From: Candidatus Sigynarchaeum calidifontis
GTDB lineage: Archaea; Asgardarchaeota; Lokiarchaeia; Sigyniarchaeales; Sigyniarchaeaceae
Assembly: GCA_030587475.2 (NCBI GenBank)
Contig: JAUQYZ020000151.1
Span: 1-17,202, forward strand
Length of the DNA: 17,202 nucleotides
Reading direction: 5' to 3'
Part shown: positions 15,746 through 17,202 of the stretch, in pieces
Layout of the letters: every line of letters starts with the position of its first letter
Position numbering within the stretch: the first letter of the stretch is position 1
Translations under genes and position numbers: made by a program
The notes under the pieces: model-generated
The model's database searches: none
What the model saw: only the letters and a program-made list of their open reading frames with translations
What the model was told of the DNA's origin: nothing

Positions 15746-15907
15746 ATGCACGATGGTGGGCCAATTCGCGTAATATCAGCAGCACCTTGCGGGAAGGATG
15801 CATCGTCATTCTCCGCGGATCTCACCTTGGTGATGGATCATGCTCGAAACATCGTCGATGCGGCAGATGACACCTTGCTCGAATCGATTCTCGCCAGGAT
15901 CACGTGA
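15746..15907 (+). CDS. Possible 53-aa small protein (below the ORF-track cutoff)
   Basis: MHDGGPIRVISAAPCGKDASSFSADLTLVMDHARNIVDAADDTLLESILARIT; the C-terminal half looks like an amphipathic helix. Confidence 0.2.
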   Translation: MHDGGPIRVISAAPCGKDASSFSADLTLVMDHARNIVDAADDTLLESILARIT

Positions 15908-16001
15908 TTTTTCTGATGAATCAGGTGTCGACAAATGTAATCGGTATACCCCACTAATAGTTCAAGAGTTGATGAAAAACCTGGAAAGAAAGGGGTTTTA
16001 T

Positions 16002-16010
16002 AAAAAAAAA
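16002..16010 (-). terminator. Oligo-T terminator
   Basis: T9 on the minus strand about 8 bp after the stop at 16018. Confidence 0.5.
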
Positions 16011-16017
16011 GTCCATA

Positions 16018-17202
16018 TCACTTCTTGGGTTCTTTTTTCTTGAACTGCCAGCCGCGAGGTGCGCCTGCGTTGTACACGATTTCCCCTGCACGTCGTAAAT
16101 TGTCGAACGCAAGCTCGATTTGGAGCATGGTGAAGCCCAGTTCCTTCATCTCGTTATACACGTCGGTTTTCGACGGGATGAAACAATTATGTTTATCAAA
16201 GAGCTCCGCGAGCTTGGCCTCGACGATCTTGATGTCGAGCTTCTCGTCGATATGCGGGGTAACTGAACCGGGAGTAGTGGTAATTTTCTTGGCTGTTTTC
16301 TCCGTGGCCTTGATTGTTTCCATTTTCTTTGATTCCGCTACCGGCTGCTTGACTTCCGGCTTCGCTGCTGGTAAGGGCGCGAAGTCAGGACCGGCTTTCG
16401 GCACGGGCTTTGCCTCCGGACTGGGTGCGAACTCAAGACCGGCCTTTGATGCGGTCTTGGCTTCTGGCTTCGGTGCGACTTTAACATCAGGCTTCGCCTT
16501 CACTTCCGGTTCCGTTTTAATTTCCGGCTTCGCCTTCTCTTCTAGAGTCGCCCTTGTTTCCGGCTTCGCCTGTGTCTCTGGGGATGGTGTCTCCTTTGAT
16601 GCGAGCATGCTCGCGAGGTCGTAAACAGGTGCGGATTTTCCCTTGCCCTTCGTGCTAGGTGGTTCCTTGCTCGCTATCTTCTTCACAGGTTTCTTTCGAG
16701 TGGACTTGGTAATTCTCACGATCATCGCTAACCCGATAAGGAAAGCGATTCCGAGGATTATCAAGTCCCAGATACTCGGTCCCTTTCTCTCTAGCACGAT
16801 GGTTTGCTCTGCATGGGCAGCGTTGCCTGCGATATCCGTAACCATGATCGTGATAGTGTAGATCCCTTCCACCAGGCCAGCCGTGTTCCACGCGTATTCG
16901 TAGGTGCCATTTCCCAGGCTGTTCATTGGCCATACCTGTGTCGCGTGGATCCCGCTCGGCGCGAGCAACCGGCGCGTGAAAGATACCGTCGCGTTGTAGG
17001 TGGCCGAGTCGCAGGTGATGCGGATGATCACGACATCCCCGACCTTGAAGACGAGGGCGGGGATCGAGATCCCCCCGATGATCCGCGGGGCATCGGCATC
17101 GAGCTCGACGATCACGCTTTTCACCGCCTCCACGTTGAAGCAGTTATCTTCCGCGTAGAACGAGATGTTCCACGATCCGCTCGCGTACCCGGTCAAGTTG
17201 AA
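16018..17202 (-). CDS. C-terminal part of a large cell-surface protein: Ig-like/OmpL47-type beta domains, one TM helix, Pro/Ala/Lys/Glu-rich linker, winged-helix-like end (5' partial)
   Basis: The frame is open to the window edge. GSWNISFYAEDNCFNVEAVKS..ELDADAP and GIYTITIMVTDIAGN are Ig-type motifs. The TM helix LIILGIAFLIGLAMIV is followed by the basic stretch RITKSTRKK. Confidence 0.85.
   Translation of the reverse strand, partial: FNLTGYASGSWNISFYAEDNCFNVEAVKSVIVELDADAPRIIGGISIPALVFKVGDVVIIRITCDSATYNATVSFTRRLLAPSGIHATQVWPMNSLGNGTYEYAWNTAGLVEGIYTITIMVTDIAGNAAHAEQTIVLERKGPSIWDLIILGIAFLIGLAMIVRITKSTRKKPVKKIASKEPPSTKGKGKSAPVYDLASMLASKETPSPETQAKPETRATLEEKAKPEIKTEPEVKAKPDVKVAPKPEAKTASKAGLEFAPSPEAKPVPKAGPDFAPLPAAKPEVKQPVAESKKMETIKATEKTAKKITTTPGSVTPHIDEKLDIKIVEAKLAELFDKHNCFIPSKTDVYNEMKELGFTMLQIELAFDNLRRAGEIVYNAGAPRGWQFKKKEPKK
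16379..16474 (-). repeat. Imperfect 48-bp (16-aa) tandem duplication within AKPE-type low-complexity repeats
   Basis: PKPEAKTASKAGLEFA / PSPEAKPVPKAGPDFA; DNA units start at 16379 and 16427; ttccggcttcgc recurs at about 16354, 16522 and 16558. Confidence 0.8.

Noticed and set aside
14869-16043. Small ORFs 14869..15060 and 15840..16043, and tRNA genes in these gaps
   Set aside because: The translations have no recognisable features, one overlaps a terminator and the neighbouring gene end, and no cloverleaf or T-loop consensus was seen.
1467-16933. Many long antisense or alternate-frame ORFs (e.g. 1467..2198, 4924..5646, 5120..5986, 6492..7232, 9134..9802, 16025..16624)
   Set aside because: They overlap well-supported genes and have the composition expected of shadow frames in GC3-rich coding DNA.

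Overview
This window looks like archaeal chromosome, most likely an Asgard archaeon of the Loki/Sigyn type. That placement is inferred from a stand-alone roadblock/LC7 gene, a CPxC...C-x2-H-x-F-x2-FIDKNF zinc-domain protein, an orphan 7TM protein, GGTGA-type ribosome-binding sites, TTTAAA TATA-like boxes and oligo-T gene ends; no marker gene is present. In order, it holds: a repeat coiled-coil PD-(D/E)XK protein; two apparently 5'-truncated head-to-head ORFs meeting at a sharp GC break (about 1080); five minus-strand membrane-protein genes (hypothetical, 7TM, CPBP-like with QQ instead of EE, MFS, His-rich membrane protein); a Zn-domain protein with a DENN-core-like segment; a single-chain tandem bacterioferritin-like protein; aroK (bacterial type), aroE and aroD interleaved with a membrane-anchored M28 peptidase and a geranylgeranyl-reductase-family flavoprotein; a roadblock protein; and the 3' part of a large surface protein (Ig-like domains, TM helix, PAKE-rich linker, winged-helix-like tail). 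I saw no rRNA, tRNA, CRISPR array or transposase. All family calls come from reading motifs by eye, not from database searches.
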